A stretch of 64,000 nucleotides of DNA from the human T2T-CHM13v2.0 reference genome, Homo sapiens. The notes beneath the pieces were generated by a model. The model saw only the letters and a program-made list of their open reading frames with translations, made no database searches and was not told where the DNA came from. Each line of letters starts with the position of its first letter. Position 1 is the stretch's first letter. Positions 24,063 to 46,146 of the stretch are shown here, one piece after another. The position numbers were made by a program, and so were the translations under genes. The DNA lies in assembly GCF_009914755.1 (NCBI RefSeq), contig NC_060944.1; one strand, 5' to 3'.

Positions 24063-24351
24063 TGATCCACCTGCCTCGGCCTCCTAAAATGTTGGGATTA
24101 CAGGCGTGAGCCACCGCACCTGGCTATTAGGGTCTTATATTTTGAGAATGTATAGATATTTAGAGATGGTCAGAAACAAGAAAATTTTTTTTTTTTAAGA
24201 CCGAGTCTCACTCTGTCGCTCAGGTTGGAGTGCAGTGGTGTGATCTCAGCTCACTGTAACCTCTGCCTCTGAGATTCAAGCCATTCTCCTGCCTCAGCCT
24301 ACCGAGGAGCTGGGACCACAGTAGGCACATGCCACCACGTCCAGCTAATTT

Positions 24352-24353
<2 letters not shown>

Positions 24354-24384
<31 letters not shown>

Positions 24385-24406
24385 TTTTTTTTTTTTTTTT
24401 TTTTTT
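24354..24406. repeat. (GT)n plus poly-T in an Alu linker
   Basis: About 15 GT units followed by a T run. Confidence 0.9.
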
Positions 24407-26169
24407 AGCAGAGATAGGGTGTCACTATGTTGGCCAGGCTGGTCTCGAACTCCTGACCTTAGGTGATCCGCTCACCTTGGCCTTGCAAAGTGCTGGGATT
24501 ACAGGCATGAAGCATCACCTCTGGCCAGAAACAAGGATTCCTTAGAGCCAGGAAATTCAACATTATATATAATTAGATGTATAATTTCACACAAGCATTG
24601 TTTGCAAGAGAACAATACTTATAGTAGTACAACAATATTTATATTTATTGTGGCAAATGCTTTAAACTCTAGCAGTAGTCAAAGCTAGAAACAACTTGTA
24701 ATAATAGTTAATTTTGAAATGTTTGTCAGAAAGCTGTTTGTCAGAAAGGGGAAGAGATCACCTTCTGGAATATTAGGTACAGAGTTCAAACCAGCAAATG
24801 AATGCTAAAAGTTAGATCCTGGTGCCAATTTCCTTAAATTCTGTGTTCATACTGTTGAACCTCGAAAGTTGTAGCTTCCTCTTTTTCTCTTTGAACAGTA
24901 TAATTGTCCTTTTTTGCATATGCTTTAGAATCCATACTGATGTATTTGGTTGGAAAGTGGGAAAGGAGCTTTTAGTGTTCTGAGATCATTGTGTGATGTT
25001 CAGAACCAAAGTGTCACTGTTACATGGTAGAGAATGGTTCATATTCTACCTCCTTGTTAAGTCAATTAAGTCAATTTTTCCTAGTAAATGGGAAAGCAAC
25101 CGCCTTCCCTATCATGAGGGGTTTTGGGTTTCTTCCCACTTGCTTTGCTGAGAAATTAAATTATGGAAATGGGTATTTACCCTCTGCTCCAATCTAAATA
25201 AACTTTTATTCCTTCTACCAATACCTTCAGTAGCCCATGCACCAAAGTCGGCTCCTTTGTTTTTTTTTTTTGTTTTGTTTTGTTTTTTTGAGGCAGAGTC
25301 TTGATCTCTCGTCCAGGCTGTAGTGCAGTGGTGTGATCTCAGCTCATGGCAGTCTCTGCCTCCTGGGATCAAGCAATTCTCAGCTTCCAAGTAGCTGGGA
25401 TCACAGGTGCCTGCCACCACACCTGGCTAAGGTCCTTTGTGATTATTAGCAGAGAATGGGATCTAAAAATGTTCCTGTGTTCCTTCTAGCTAGTCTTTGC
25501 TACTGTGCCCCTAGATAATGGGATCTAGTTTTTCACTTGAGTAGTGTTTTTGGGAACATGACAGAGTAGCCCTGTCCAAGGGAGACATACTACTCGGTAT
25601 GTATTTCTAATTTACCACACATGCTTCTGTATTTTATAGTAAGATTGTTTGAGAGTTTGACTTCATTAGGGTTTAGTTCTCTGAATACCACTATATACTT
25701 TAGCTCTTTGAACTCTGGACTTTCTGTCACAAGCAGTTTTTCTCCTTAGTTTTTTTGTGTCTTCTGAAATGTCATTTTGGTGGATTCTTTTAAGAAAATA
25801 TAGGGCTATATTAAATTACTTAAAGGTTTTCTAAGTCACAATAGATGTGGCCTGTAAAAATATCTGATTATGTTGGGTGTGTTATTTCTGAAAATAAACC
25901 AAGCAAATTTCACAATATCCTGTTTAATAATTTCTCTATAAATAAGATACATATTTAAAATAAGGCTATAAATGTTTGTTGCTTAAGAGACAAGATATTA
26001 CTGAAATTATCTTCTGAAGTATGTCTATCCCTTTCCACATTTTTGTTTCCACTGCCTTTTCAGTAAGATGTTAAGGTTAATTTTACCTCTGGCAGTGTTT
26101 TAGCACCTTCTTTCTATATTGGGCATTCTATCTGTCACATTTTTCTAGTGTAGTAGTAAACATTACTCA

Positions 26170-26628
<459 letters not shown>

Positions 26629-26854
26629 CTATCTCCCTGTAAAAAATTAGATGGGCCTGTGGTATGTGGCTGTTAGTCTCAGTTACTCAGGAGGCTGAAG
26701 CAGGAGGATTGTTTCAGCCCAGGTGGTTGAGGCTGCAGTGAGCTCGATCACTCTAGCATAGGCAACAGAGCGAGACCCTGTCTCAAAAAAAAAAAAAAAG
26801 ACCCTGTTTTGAGTTTCTTTGTAACTGACAGACTAATAGGTAATAGAGTTTTAA

Positions 26855-27103
<249 letters not shown>

Positions 27104-28157
27104 TGATCCACCCGCCTCGGCCTCCCAAAGTGCTGGGATTACAGGCGTGAGCCACAGCACCCAGCCATGATTTAGATTCAAACTGTATCTTCATTGGTTC
27201 CAGTCACAATGGTTTACAGTGCTAAGTAAAGCTATAGATTGCATACTGCTGTACTTGTGAAGGCTTTTTTTTTTTTTTTGAGACACGGTCTCACTGTGTT
27301 GCCCAGGCTGGAATGCAGAGGTGCAGTCACGGTTCACTGCTGCCTCAACTTCCTGAGTTCAAGCGGTCCTCCCAGTTTGGCCTCCCATGTAGCTGGGACT
27401 ATAGGCATGCACCACTGCATCTGGCTAATTTTTAAATTTTTTGTAGAGATGGGAGTCTCACTGTATTGCCCAGGCTGGTCTTCTGAAGGCTTTTAGTTTG
27501 TTTGTTTGCTTGTTTGTTTTTAAATCTTGTTTGCTTGCTTTTCTTTTCTTTCTTTTCTTTTTTTTTGAGATGAGGTCTTGCTCTGTCGCCCAAGATGGAT
27601 TGCAGTGGCCTTATCACAGCTCACTGCAGCCTCTACCTGCTGGTCTCTGGCGATCTTTGTGCCTCAGCCTCCCCGTTAACTGGGACAACAGGCACATACC
27701 ACCACATCCAGCTAATTTATTTTTATTTTCTGTAGAGACAGGATTTTGCTCTCACATATCTGTCCAACCAATAAACAAAAAAGTTATGATACTCAGGGCA
27801 AAGTTTTCTCTAACTCCTCAAAAGGACTTGAATTTAGGACATCTTTCTTACTGAGACATACAAAGGCTTAAAAGTATGTATTACAATCCAAAACACTCAC
27901 CACTGTCTAACATTTCTCCTCCAAATGAGAGCACTAATAGCCTATTCAAAAGAGTCTCTAATTATGAATGTGAAGTTACAAAGAATGTTTTTTTGTTCTT
28001 AGGTCTATGAAGATAACACAAAGGCAACAAGTGAAAACACAATGCATAAAGTTTCACTTTAGTCCCCTTATAACAGAAAACAAGAGATGAAGATAAGAGC
28101 ACTTTTGCTGTCCTAGAACTTAAAATGAAAATCTAAGAGAGACCCATAATATAAATA

Positions 28158-28562
28158 CAATCATCCCTTGGTATATGTGGGGATTGCTTCTAGGACCACC
28201 ACATATAACCACGTCAGTGCATGCTCTGAAGTACGCCCTGTGGAACCTGCGTATGTGAAAAGTCCTTCCCATAGACTTGGGTTTCACATCCCATGAGTAC
28301 TGTATTTTCAATTGGTGTTTTTTATTTTTATTTTTTATTATTTTTTAAAAAATTTTAATTAAATAGAAATGAAGTCTCACTATGTTGCCCACACTGCTTT
28401 CAACCTTCTGGGCTCAAGCAACCCTCCCTGCTCAGCCTTCCAAAGTACTGGGATTACGGACGTGAGCCACTGCTCCTGGCCTCAATCTGTGTGTGGTTGA
28501 AAAAAGGCTGCATATAAGTGGATCTGTGCAGTTCAAACCAGTTGTTGGACAAGAGCCAACTG
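28158..28562. mobile_element. MER8 (TcMar-Tigger) interrupted by an antisense Alu monomer (~28320-28482)
   Basis: TA-flanked ends caatcatcccttggtat...gagccaactg; internal tgcagttcaaacc and tactgtattttc motifs. Confidence 0.7.
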
Positions 28563-28717
28563 TAATTAGAATTATAAAAATTGATGCCATGCTCTCTGTG
28601 TGAGTAACAATGCAGTAAGAATATGCAGATTTTAGTCACTAATTTTGACTTCCTGGGAAAGGAACTGCAGACTAGATGCTACAAAAGAGAAACACTTGAG
28701 GGTGAAAAAGATTAACT

Positions 28718-29355
<638 letters not shown>

Positions 29356-29606
29356 GGCAGTTTTCCTACAACTGTCTTTAATTCTGCAGATACTCTGTCA
29401 GTCTTTAAAATGAAACTATAAATTATAGATTATCTACATTTATGGATGAAGAAAGTGTGGCTTAGAGAAATTCAGTAATTTGCTCAAGTTCACAGAGTAA
29501 CAGTTCAGGAATGTTGATCTAGATCTGTCTGACTTCACAGTTGGCATACATAATTACCATGCTATAATGTCTTCTGTAATACATGGTATAGAATTGACAA
29601 GAATAA

Positions 29607-30136
<530 letters not shown>

Positions 30137-32175
30137 TGAACTCCTGACCTCAGGTGATTCACCCGTCTTGGCCTCCCAGAGTGCTGGGATTACAGGAGTG
30201 AGTCACCACGCCCGGCCTAGATTTAATCATTTTAACCATGTATGCAGTTGTAAATAATAGAACTAAGAATCTGGCGCTCAGGGGAGAGGATGGGACTTGA
30301 AGTGTGGATTATCTATTTTTTTCTACTCTGTTTTATGCTGTTTTTAAAATTGTACAAGTCAACAGTGATACATGTCCTATTTTTAGAACTTCAAACAATA
30401 CATACAAAACTACAGTTCCCTATGACCACGTACTTGAGTACACAGGTGCCCTCCTCCTGAATGGAATGTATACTTTTTCTGCGTTTATTTACAAGTATTT
30501 GTACCCATAGGAATATATAGTGTTTTAGTTTGCAAAAATAATATCATACTGTACATACTGATGGGGTGATCATTTTGTGATCTACCCCACCCCAACTCAT
30601 GCATGTTGTTCTGCAGCTTTAAAGATGTTCTTGGGATCTCTCAATTTCAGTCATTAATAAGTTACTTATTTTGATACCTGCATAGTAATCTGTTCTGTGG
30701 TATGAATATGTGATTTAATATATGAATATGCCAATTGATAATATACATTATTTCTAATTTTTTTGATATTATACAAATAGTGATTTTTATTCTTTTCAAG
30801 AATTTAAAATGCTTGGTGAATTTTAGTTATGTAAAACTAGTATGTATATGTACATAAATTATTGAAATTACTAGGATGTTTTTGGCAGAGCACCTCACAA
30901 TTCTACCATAATGATTCTCTGTAATTATCTGGAGAGTCATTGTTCTTAAAAATGTTTGCAGTCTGTGCTTTCATTAATCTTTTCTACATGAAGTTAATTT
31001 TAGTTTTTAAAATATACTTAATTTTTGTAGAGATTTAAAATTTTTTGCAACTTTGTAATTAATGTTAATTTATATTTAGAATAATTTATACTGTACTATT
31101 AGGGCATTTTCTTGCAATAAATTATTAGTGGAGATGAGCGACTGTTGATGGAGATGAGTACCTTTATCATGCAGAATATCAGCAGCCAGATATTGGACTT
31201 TTCTCACTGCCCCTTAATTTACTTTTTTAAATATTGTCGTTCTATGGCAATCAGGCTTTTGGATATTGAGGAGGAAGTAATAACTACATAATGTGATAAT
31301 GATGTCTTTGAGGACCCTTGTCCATAACAAGCCATTTGAATCAGAATAATATCTTGTGCAATATGGTGTTAAGGCTTTTAGGTTACATCTCATTTCTGAA
31401 TGTATTCTGGATGACTTCTATTGACTTTATGATGTTTACCTTTCATATTTAAAATAAGAGGGTTCTTTTAGCAGATTTTGGTTATAAAACATCTGAAATA
31501 GTGTAATTTAAATAAACAAGGTAAAGGAAAAAAATATATGTATTATGCCAAGAAAATGAGCTAGTCCTTATGGTTGAGACGAAATTTTAGCTTTGAGCAT
31601 TTTTGTATGTAAGCACAGAATGAAGTAGGTTGGATTTTATAGGGTTCATCTCAGTAGGAATTATTGTTCTATTTCATTTTTGCAGAATTGAGAAGCCATC
31701 ATAATTGTTTTATATTTAAACTTTTAAACAGAAACCTAAATTTGCATAAAAACTCAAGACAGCGTTTACAGTTTCAAGGCATTTTGTTTGCCTTATTGTA
31801 TTTGTGTACTTCTTCCATAGTGCCTGGCAAACAGTAAGTGCCAAGTACATTTAGTTTGATTTTATTTTTTATTGTATCTTATTTCTTCTTTTTTGAGGTA
31901 GGGTCTTCCTCTGTTGCCCAGGCTGGAGTACAGTGGTGTGATCATAGCTCACTGCAGACTTGACCTCCTGGTTGGGGAGTGGTGGTGTGCACCAGTGGTC
32001 CCAGCTACTCAGGAGGCTGAAGCAGAAGGACCCCCCCAGCCCGGGAGGCGCTCCAGAACACCCCAGCTTGGGTGACAGAGTGAGAATCTTTCTCAAAAAA
32101 TAAATAAGTAAATAAAGTTGCTTGGGACATGTTATATAGATGCTATTTAAAGCTATCTGGATAGGTAATATCCTC

Positions 32176-32358
32176 CAGTTTATAATCATCTGTACCCCAT
32201 TGCGTGATGGGGTGATCATTTTGTGATCCACCCCACCCCAACTCATGCATGCTAACAGTTATGTATGCCTTTTCTCCAATTTATCTGCCTGCGTTTTGTC
32301 AGACGATTTTCAGCGAACCTTCACTGGGCAAAGGGGAAGTCTTCTTTTGGCCCCTGTA
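32176..32358 (+). mobile_element. 3' fragment of the same MER4-group LTR family
   Basis: tgtatgccttttctccaatttatctgcct...gtcagacgattttcagcgaaccttca...ttggcccctgta is a typical MER4-group LTR 3' end. Homologous, in inverted orientation, to 33804-33925. Confidence 0.65.
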
Positions 32359-32381
32359 TTACTAACAAGCATTGACTTCTA

Positions 32382-32516
<135 letters not shown>

Positions 32517-32925
32517 TTAAAAAAATTAGGCGAGCATGGTGGCACCCACTTATAGTCTTACCTACTGGGGACTGGGTAATATCCTCAAGGGAATGAGTGT
32601 AGATAGAATAGGGAACCAAGAACTAAGATCTAGGATATGTTAGCGTTAAGATAATGGAGAAAAGGAATCATCAGAGGATACTGAGAAGGAACAATCTGTG
32701 TGGTAGGACACAAACCTGGAGAATATATCTTGGGAACTGAAGGGAAGAAAGTAAAACATGGAGGAGGGGATGAACAGCCATGTCAGATTTTGCCAATAAG
32801 TTAGGTAGGATAAAGACTAGAATTGAAAATTGTGTTTAGTAATGTAAAGGCCTTTGTTACATGGTCTTCAGTAATAAATAGCCAGGTTAGCACTATTTAT
32901 ATATGTTTTTAATGGGAATTTTTGA

Positions 32926-33054
<129 letters not shown>

Positions 33055-33074
33055 TAGAAACATCGGCTGCTTTA

Positions 33075-33372
<298 letters not shown>

Positions 33373-33569
33373 TCAAAAAAAAAAAAAAAAAAAAAAAACT
33401 TAAGAGAACAAAATATTTAATGGCTGTTACATGTCAGGTGCTCAATTAATATTTGCTGAATGAATGAATGAAGATATATAGATATGTAATTTTTATTGTA
33501 GAATATTCTTGGATATTTTACAGTTTTTTTTTCCTTCAACATGGGTACCTGGGTAGTTGCTAATTATGT

Positions 33570-35960
<2,391 letters not shown>

Positions 35961-37559
35961 GTAAATTAATACCTCTGTCGCTATTGTTAATTAATATCTC
36001 TGTCTTTATTTCTTCCTCTAATCATTTCATGTATCACTTTCAGATTAATGTTTTTAATATGCCATCCAATATGATTCATTCCTGCTCAAAAACCTTAGGT
36101 ACTTCTCTTAGACTATGGTATAGAGTTTCTTTAGTATGAGCTAAGACCCTTCACCCTCTGTCTACATATGGTGTCTTTGTAGGTTTTTTGTTTTTTTTTG
36201 TTTGTTTTTTTGAGACAGAGTCTCTGTCGCCCAGGCTGGAGTGCAGTGGTGCAATCTTGGCTCACTGCAACCTCCGCCTCCCAGGTTCAAGCAGTTCTCT
36301 GCCTCAGCCTCCCAAGTAGCTGGGGTTATAGGCGCCCGCCACCAAGCCTGGCTAATTTTTGCATTTTTAATAGAGACGAGGTTTCACCATCTTGACCAGG
36401 CTGGCCTTGAACTCCTGACCTCAGGATCCACCCACCTCGGCCTCCCAAAGTACAGGGATTACAGGCGTGAGCCACCGCGTCCGGCCTGTAAGTCTTTATA
36501 TGTGAACCATTTGTGCTAGCTAGAATGAGTCACTGGATTTTCCTCAGATGTGTATGTATTTCTATCACACAATGAAAACCTCAGTCTCTCTCCCTTTAAT
36601 TTGATAGCATTTATTGATTATAGAACAATTATCATCCCCTGTATTTTAGTTTCAACTATGCCTGGCTTATAGCTTCTTCTGGATTATGAATAGGTTAGGT
36701 CACAGATCATATCTTAGCATTATTATTTTCCTCAAAACCTAAAGGTGATTGAATATAAAAATAATACTGTCTTAAGGTAACCACATCATAGAATTTTTTC
36801 GGATTTCCTTCACTAACTCTGGTATCTTTCCTTAGCAGTATCTGTTTCTTAAAGAAAGATATTACTATTTCTTAGTTAAGGCCAGATTCCAGTTTTTTTT
36901 CCCCACCCCTCATCCTCAATCTAGCTTGAGTAGCTGACTTATATCAGACCAGAATTCTTATGACTTCTTTTTGGCAGCTTAAAGTTGAAAGCTTTTATTA
37001 GAACAGTCCTTTAAAACATTCTGTACTTTTTCAGATTACATAAGTAATATACATTTTATTTTTTACTGATTTAAAAAAATAGTAAATTATTCTCAGAGAC
37101 AATGATTAATAGTTTTTTTCTTTGCATAAAGTGTCTTACTTGCTATCATCGTTATTGAATTTTTTTTTTTTTTTTACTGTGATGATAAACACTAATTGCA
37201 CCTCAAAAAGTCGTAATCCATAGCCATCTCAGATTTTTTTCTTTTTGAGATGGGGTCTCACCCTGTCGTCCAGGCTGGTGTGCAGCAGCGTGATCATGGC
37301 TCACTGCAACCTTGATCTCCCGGGGTCAGGTGAGCCTCCCACCTCAGCCTCCTGAGTAGCTGGAACTACAAGTGTGCGCCACCACACCCGGCTAATTTTT
37401 GTATTTTTTATAGAGATGGCGTTTTGCTCTGTTGCCCAGGCTGGTCTCAAACTCCTGGGCTCAGGTGATCCACCCACCTCAGCCTCCTAAATTGCTTGTA
37501 TTAGAGGTGTGAGCCACCTCACTCAGCCACATCTCAGATTTTTAAAATCTTGGGTCTAA

Positions 37560-37844
<285 letters not shown>

Positions 37845-38191
37845 TGAGCCACCGCGCCTGGCCTTAAATATTCTCTTTTTTATAAATTTTTTTCTTTTTC
37901 TTTTTTTAATTCATTGCTTGCTAATTGGGTCTAAATATTCTGAGAATGCTCAAGTGTAGGGCAAAAAACAAACACACCATGAATAATGGATAATAGTTCA
38001 GCAAACATTATTAGATATGAAACAGAGAACATAAGATAAAAGACAGAAGTGCCAAGTTTAATAGAATCAAATGCCCTTCATAATTCATTGAGTTACTTCT
38101 TTAGTTTTGATGCTAGAATGCTTAGAACTAAGTATTTTGCACAAATCTCCTTAATGACATCGTGGGTTTTAATCTCTTAATGGGTCAGTTA

Positions 38192-38642
<451 letters not shown>

Positions 38643-38699
38643 TCAGTATTTGACTAGAGTCACTGGGAAAGAAGGTGGTGTTTGGATTGCTGCTATTTA

Positions 38700-38993
<294 letters not shown>

Positions 38994-40444
38994 TCACTGC
39001 AGCCTTAACCTCCTGGGCTGAAGCAGTCCTCTCTCCTCATCCTCTATAGTGGCTGGGACTACAGACGTGTACCACCCACCACACTTGACTAATTAAAAAA
39101 AATTGTGTTTTTGTTTTTTTTTTAAGACGGAGTCTCGCTCTGTTGCCAGGCTGGAGTGTGGTGGCGTGATCTTGGCTCACTGCAACCTCTGACTCCCTGG
39201 TTCAAGCAATTTTTCTGCGTCAGCCTCCTGAGTAGCTGGGATTACAGACATGCGCCACCAAGCCCAGCTGATTTTTGTATTTTTAGTAGAGATGGAATTT
39301 TATCATGTTGGCCAAGATGGTCTTGATCTCCTGACCTTGTGATCTGCCCACCTCAGCCTCCCAAAGTGCTGGAATTATAGGCGTGAGCCACTGCGCCCGG
39401 CCAAAAATTTTTTTTTGTAGAAACAAGGTCTTGCTATGTTGCCCAGGATGGTCTTGAACTCCTGGCCTCAAGTGATGCTCCCAGCCTTTCCATAAGTGTT
39501 GGAATTATAGGCCTGAGCCACTTTCCCTGACCTAGGATTGCTGCTGTTTAAATGCAGAAAAGTAGAAAAGGACCCTTTGAGGAGACAGCATGAGCAAGAC
39601 ACATGAAAGAAGAGAGTACACAAAACTTGCCCTAATACCCATGAAAGCTCCTATAATAGGGGAGCCCTGAGAATGGGAATGGCTGTGTCTTTCAGGTGTG
39701 CCTTAAAAAAAATTTATTGCTAAGGGAGATGGAGATGGGAAGTAATCAGTGTTTGTATCAAAGGGTGGTTAGATTTGTGTTTTAGAAAGTTAGAAAGAGA
39801 AAAAAATTTTTCTTTTTTTTTTTTTTTTTTTTTTGAGACAGTTTCGTTCTGTCGCCCAGGCTGGAGTGCAGTGGCGCGATCTCAGTTGACTGCAATCTCT
39901 GCCTACCATGCCCACCCCCTTACCTACTTATTTATTTATTTATTGAAACAGAGTCTCGCTCTGTCACCCAGGCTGGAGTGCAGTGACTTGATCTTGGCTC
40001 ACTGCAACCTCCGCCTCCCAGGTTCAAGCAATTCTCATGCTTCAGCCTCCCCAGTAGCTGGTATTGCAGGCATGCACCACTGTGCCTGGCTCACTTTTTG
40101 TATTTTTAGTAGAGATGAGGCTTTACCATGTTGTCCAGGCTGGTCTCAAAATCCTGACCTCAAGTGATTCACCCACCTCGGCCTCCCAAAGTTCTCGAAT
40201 TACAGGCGTGAGCCATTGTTCCCAGCCAATTTTTAAATTTTTTATAAAGACACATTCTCATTGTGTTGCCCAGGCTGGTCTTGGATGTTTTGAATCAGCT
40301 CTTCGTTTCTTCTTATCATTTAGCCAGGGTCTTTACCTTGGATGTAAGTCTGTTTTCTTATGTCCTTCCCTGTCTTTATTTACCTGTTTCCCATTTAATT
40401 ATGCCTATATATAACCTCAGCTATTATACTGAACTCATCTGTGT

Positions 40445-41940
<1,496 letters not shown>

Positions 41941-42699
41941 CTCATCTGTGTTTTTTATTTGATGTTTGTTGTATGCTAGCATTGGGCAAAATAAGGAAAC
42001 TTTGGTATTTGCCAGAAATTTCTTATATTCTCGTCTTTACTCCAAATTAAGAAAGAGATGTCATCTTGATTTTAGTTATTATTAATCGTAATTAAATATT
42101 ACTGCATTTCCCAAATTTATTACAGTGCAATATATTTAGCTCTGATTGTTCAGGGACCAAAAAGATCCCTTATACTTATGTTTTTTTTTTATTCCTTTAA
42201 CAGTCCAGCAAACTAAGAATTTTATACTTGTGATTTAGAGTTTAGTTCTCCACAGGCAGGGCAGAGTTCTTCCAAAGAGGTAGCTGTTGCTCAACTGGAT
42301 TGATCTCTTACCTGGTTCATTATTCTGCTTATTTATTTAGTTTTGGCACTGTTTTTTGTTGTACCTTGTTCTCTGTAGCTTATCCAAAGTAGGTTGGATA
42401 AGCTACGGATCCATTCTTTTTTTGTATGTGTATTGTAAAATGTTTATGTTGTATCAGAGAGATACACTGAAGAACTGAAATCAGTTCAAAGCACTGACCT
42501 TCAGAACAGAAGGATCAGAGGAACATTAGTTTAAGCCATGAAAACTATTTGCATTAGTATGTGGGTATGTGTGAGAGAGAGAGAGCACATGCATGGGAGA
42601 GTGAGATAGCCAGCAAGTGATTATAATAAAGCAGAGAGACAGAGACTAGAAAGCAGGGAAACTTTTGTTTTCTACCATGACTAATAACAATTTGGTTCA

Positions 42700-43330
42700 A
42701 CATGTATATTAAATACCTCTCAGATTAAATCCCAGAGTGCTCCAGAAATTGTAAAGATTGGCTATATCTGTGCAATCAAGAGGCTCACGGGGTGAGTTAA
42801 ATGAGTAAAAACTAGTAAGACAAAATGAAAAGCTGACGGAGCCATACGTAAATATGGAAATACTCTGGAAGCATGGAGGTGGAAATAATTTAACTTCTTA
42901 GGATTAAAGAAGCCTTTAATCAAAGAGAAGGGGGATGTTTATCTCTCAGGAAATATAATTTTAATGGGTATAAAAGAAAAAAGGATCATTCTCAGTAGAG
43001 GGAGCAGCATGTTTAGAGGAATGAAAGTACATGGCCCATGTGAGGAACAGCAAATAACTAAGGGTGGCTAGAATATAGAACTTTGGTAAGATTTGTTTTA
43101 GTAGGAGGCTGGAAGGGTAAGTTATAGCTGCATACTAAGCAAGGTAAAATGCCCCATAAGAGTTTAAACTTCATTTTTCAGGCAATAAAGAATCATTTAA
43201 GTAATGACATTAATGACATGATCACATCTATTCTAGGAAAATAATTCTGGTGGCTGTGAGGGGTTGGATTGGAGAAGTGAGAGTAAAAACAGTTGTTTAG
43301 AGGCCTCTCATAGTAGCCCAGGTGTCAGAT
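42700..43330. mobile_element. L2 LINE remnant (similar remnants near 5050-6100, 15660-16010, 32575-32860, 46740-47120)
   Basis: Purine-rich diverged L2-type phrases: gagggagcagcatgt, gacatgatcacat, agtagcccaggtg. Confidence 0.5.
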
Positions 43331-43607
43331 GAGACTGACATTTTTCTGGTCCTTTTTCTTCCGGTTTATAATGTATAGTTTTTTATTTTTTTGTTTAATT
43401 TACTGTGGGACTTTAGTTTTCAGAAAGTAGTACATTGATTTATTTTATATTTGTAATATTATGACTATAACACAAGGTTTTGTTCAATCTAGACTTTGAG
43501 ATTTGAATACTGAAATAATTTCTCCTGTCCAGGTTTTGCAGTGTGACCCTTGGGCAAATTTTTAAATTTCACAGAGCTTCTGTCTTTTTTTTTTTTTTTT
43601 TTTTTGA

Positions 43608-43712
<105 letters not shown>

Positions 43713-44138
43713 TGAGTAGCTGGGATTACAGGCGCCTGCCACCATGTCTGGCTAATTTTTGTATTTTTAGTAGAGACAGGGTTTCACCATGTTTGTCAAG
43801 CTGGCTCCTGACCCCCGTTGATCCTTTTGACTGAGACTTCCAAAGTGCTGGGATTACAGGTGTGAGCCACCACGTTCGGCCGCTTCTCTTTTTATGTGTA
43901 AAAATTAGGACAGTAATACCTGTTTCGCAGAATAGGTATTGATATTGAAATGACGTTTACGTGCAGGCACATGGTAAATACTAAAATTGGTGCCCCTCCA
44001 CCCCCATGTAAAGTTTGTTAGGCCAGGCCTGGTGGCTCATGCCTGTAATTCCACCACTTTGGTAGGCCTAGGTAAGTGGATCTCTTGAGCCCAGGAGTAC
44101 AAGACCAACTTGGGCAACATGTCAAAAGCTTGTCTCTA

Positions 44139-44357
<219 letters not shown>

Positions 44358-44379
44358 TTATGTAGCAAAATTGCTTTCA

Positions 44380-44760
<381 letters not shown>

Positions 44761-45190
44761 CTAGGTTTAATCAGTTTCAGAGTGCCACAAGAGGCCCTGA
44801 AATATAATGAGTGTATGTATAATTGTTTGGGCTATTTCACCTTTTCTTAGACCAGAAATGTATTAAAAGTAGAAATTTTATGTTTTTCTGTGTAATCCTG
44901 TGATTAAATTTGGCTCTATATTAAGCACTAGAGCTTTGATTTAATAGTACTTTTTTTTTTATTTTTTATTTTTTAATAGAGATGAGGTCTCACTGTGTTG
45001 TCCAGGCTGGTCTTAAACTCCTGGGCTCAAGTGATCCTCCCGCCTGGGTCTCCCAAAGTGCTGGTATTACGTGCCCGGCCTATTACATTTTAATCAGAGA
45101 TAGCTCTGGTCCCCACTTGAATATTTTTTATTCTGAAAAAGACTTTCTATTTCATGTTTCCACTTAGATGTCTCAGCATCTGGCATCTGA

Positions 45191-45358
<168 letters not shown>

Positions 45359-45570
45359 TAATTTTTAAAATTATCTTTTGTAGAGACGGGGGTCTCACTA
45401 TGTTGACCAGGCTTTGTTCAAACTCCTGGGCCTCAAGTGATCTTCCTGCCTCAGCCTCCCAAAGTGCTGGGATTACAAGTGTGAACCACCATGCTTGATC
45501 TTGTCTATTTGTCTAGCCTTCTCTTGCAACTCTTCTTTTTCTTCAGTCAGTCATTCTGTGGCTAGCTTGA

Positions 45571-45910
<340 letters not shown>

Positions 45911-46104
45911 TAGCCAGGATGGTCTCGATCTCCTGACCTCGTGATCCGCCCGTCTCAGTCTCCCAAAGTGCTGGGATTACAGGCGTGAGCCACCGCACCC
46001 GGCTATATTAAGCTTCTTAAGTAGTTACTATATAAACTCCTCTGACAACTCCAAGGGTTCCTTAACTTTGATGAGCATTGGCATTCTCTGAACTTTGCTG
46101 CTAC

Positions 46105-46146
46105 AGTAGATAACCTGGGTGGTGGAGTAGATAACCTGGGTGGTGG
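46105..46146. repeat. Perfect 21-bp tandem duplication
   Basis: agtagataacctgggtggtgg occurs twice (46105-46125, 46126-46146). Confidence 0.9.

Noticed and set aside
31100-31500. Unique-looking stretch with TGATG/CTGA motifs as a possible C/D snoRNA or conserved element
   Set aside because: No proper RUGAUGA box with terminal stem; conservation cannot be assessed from this sequence alone.
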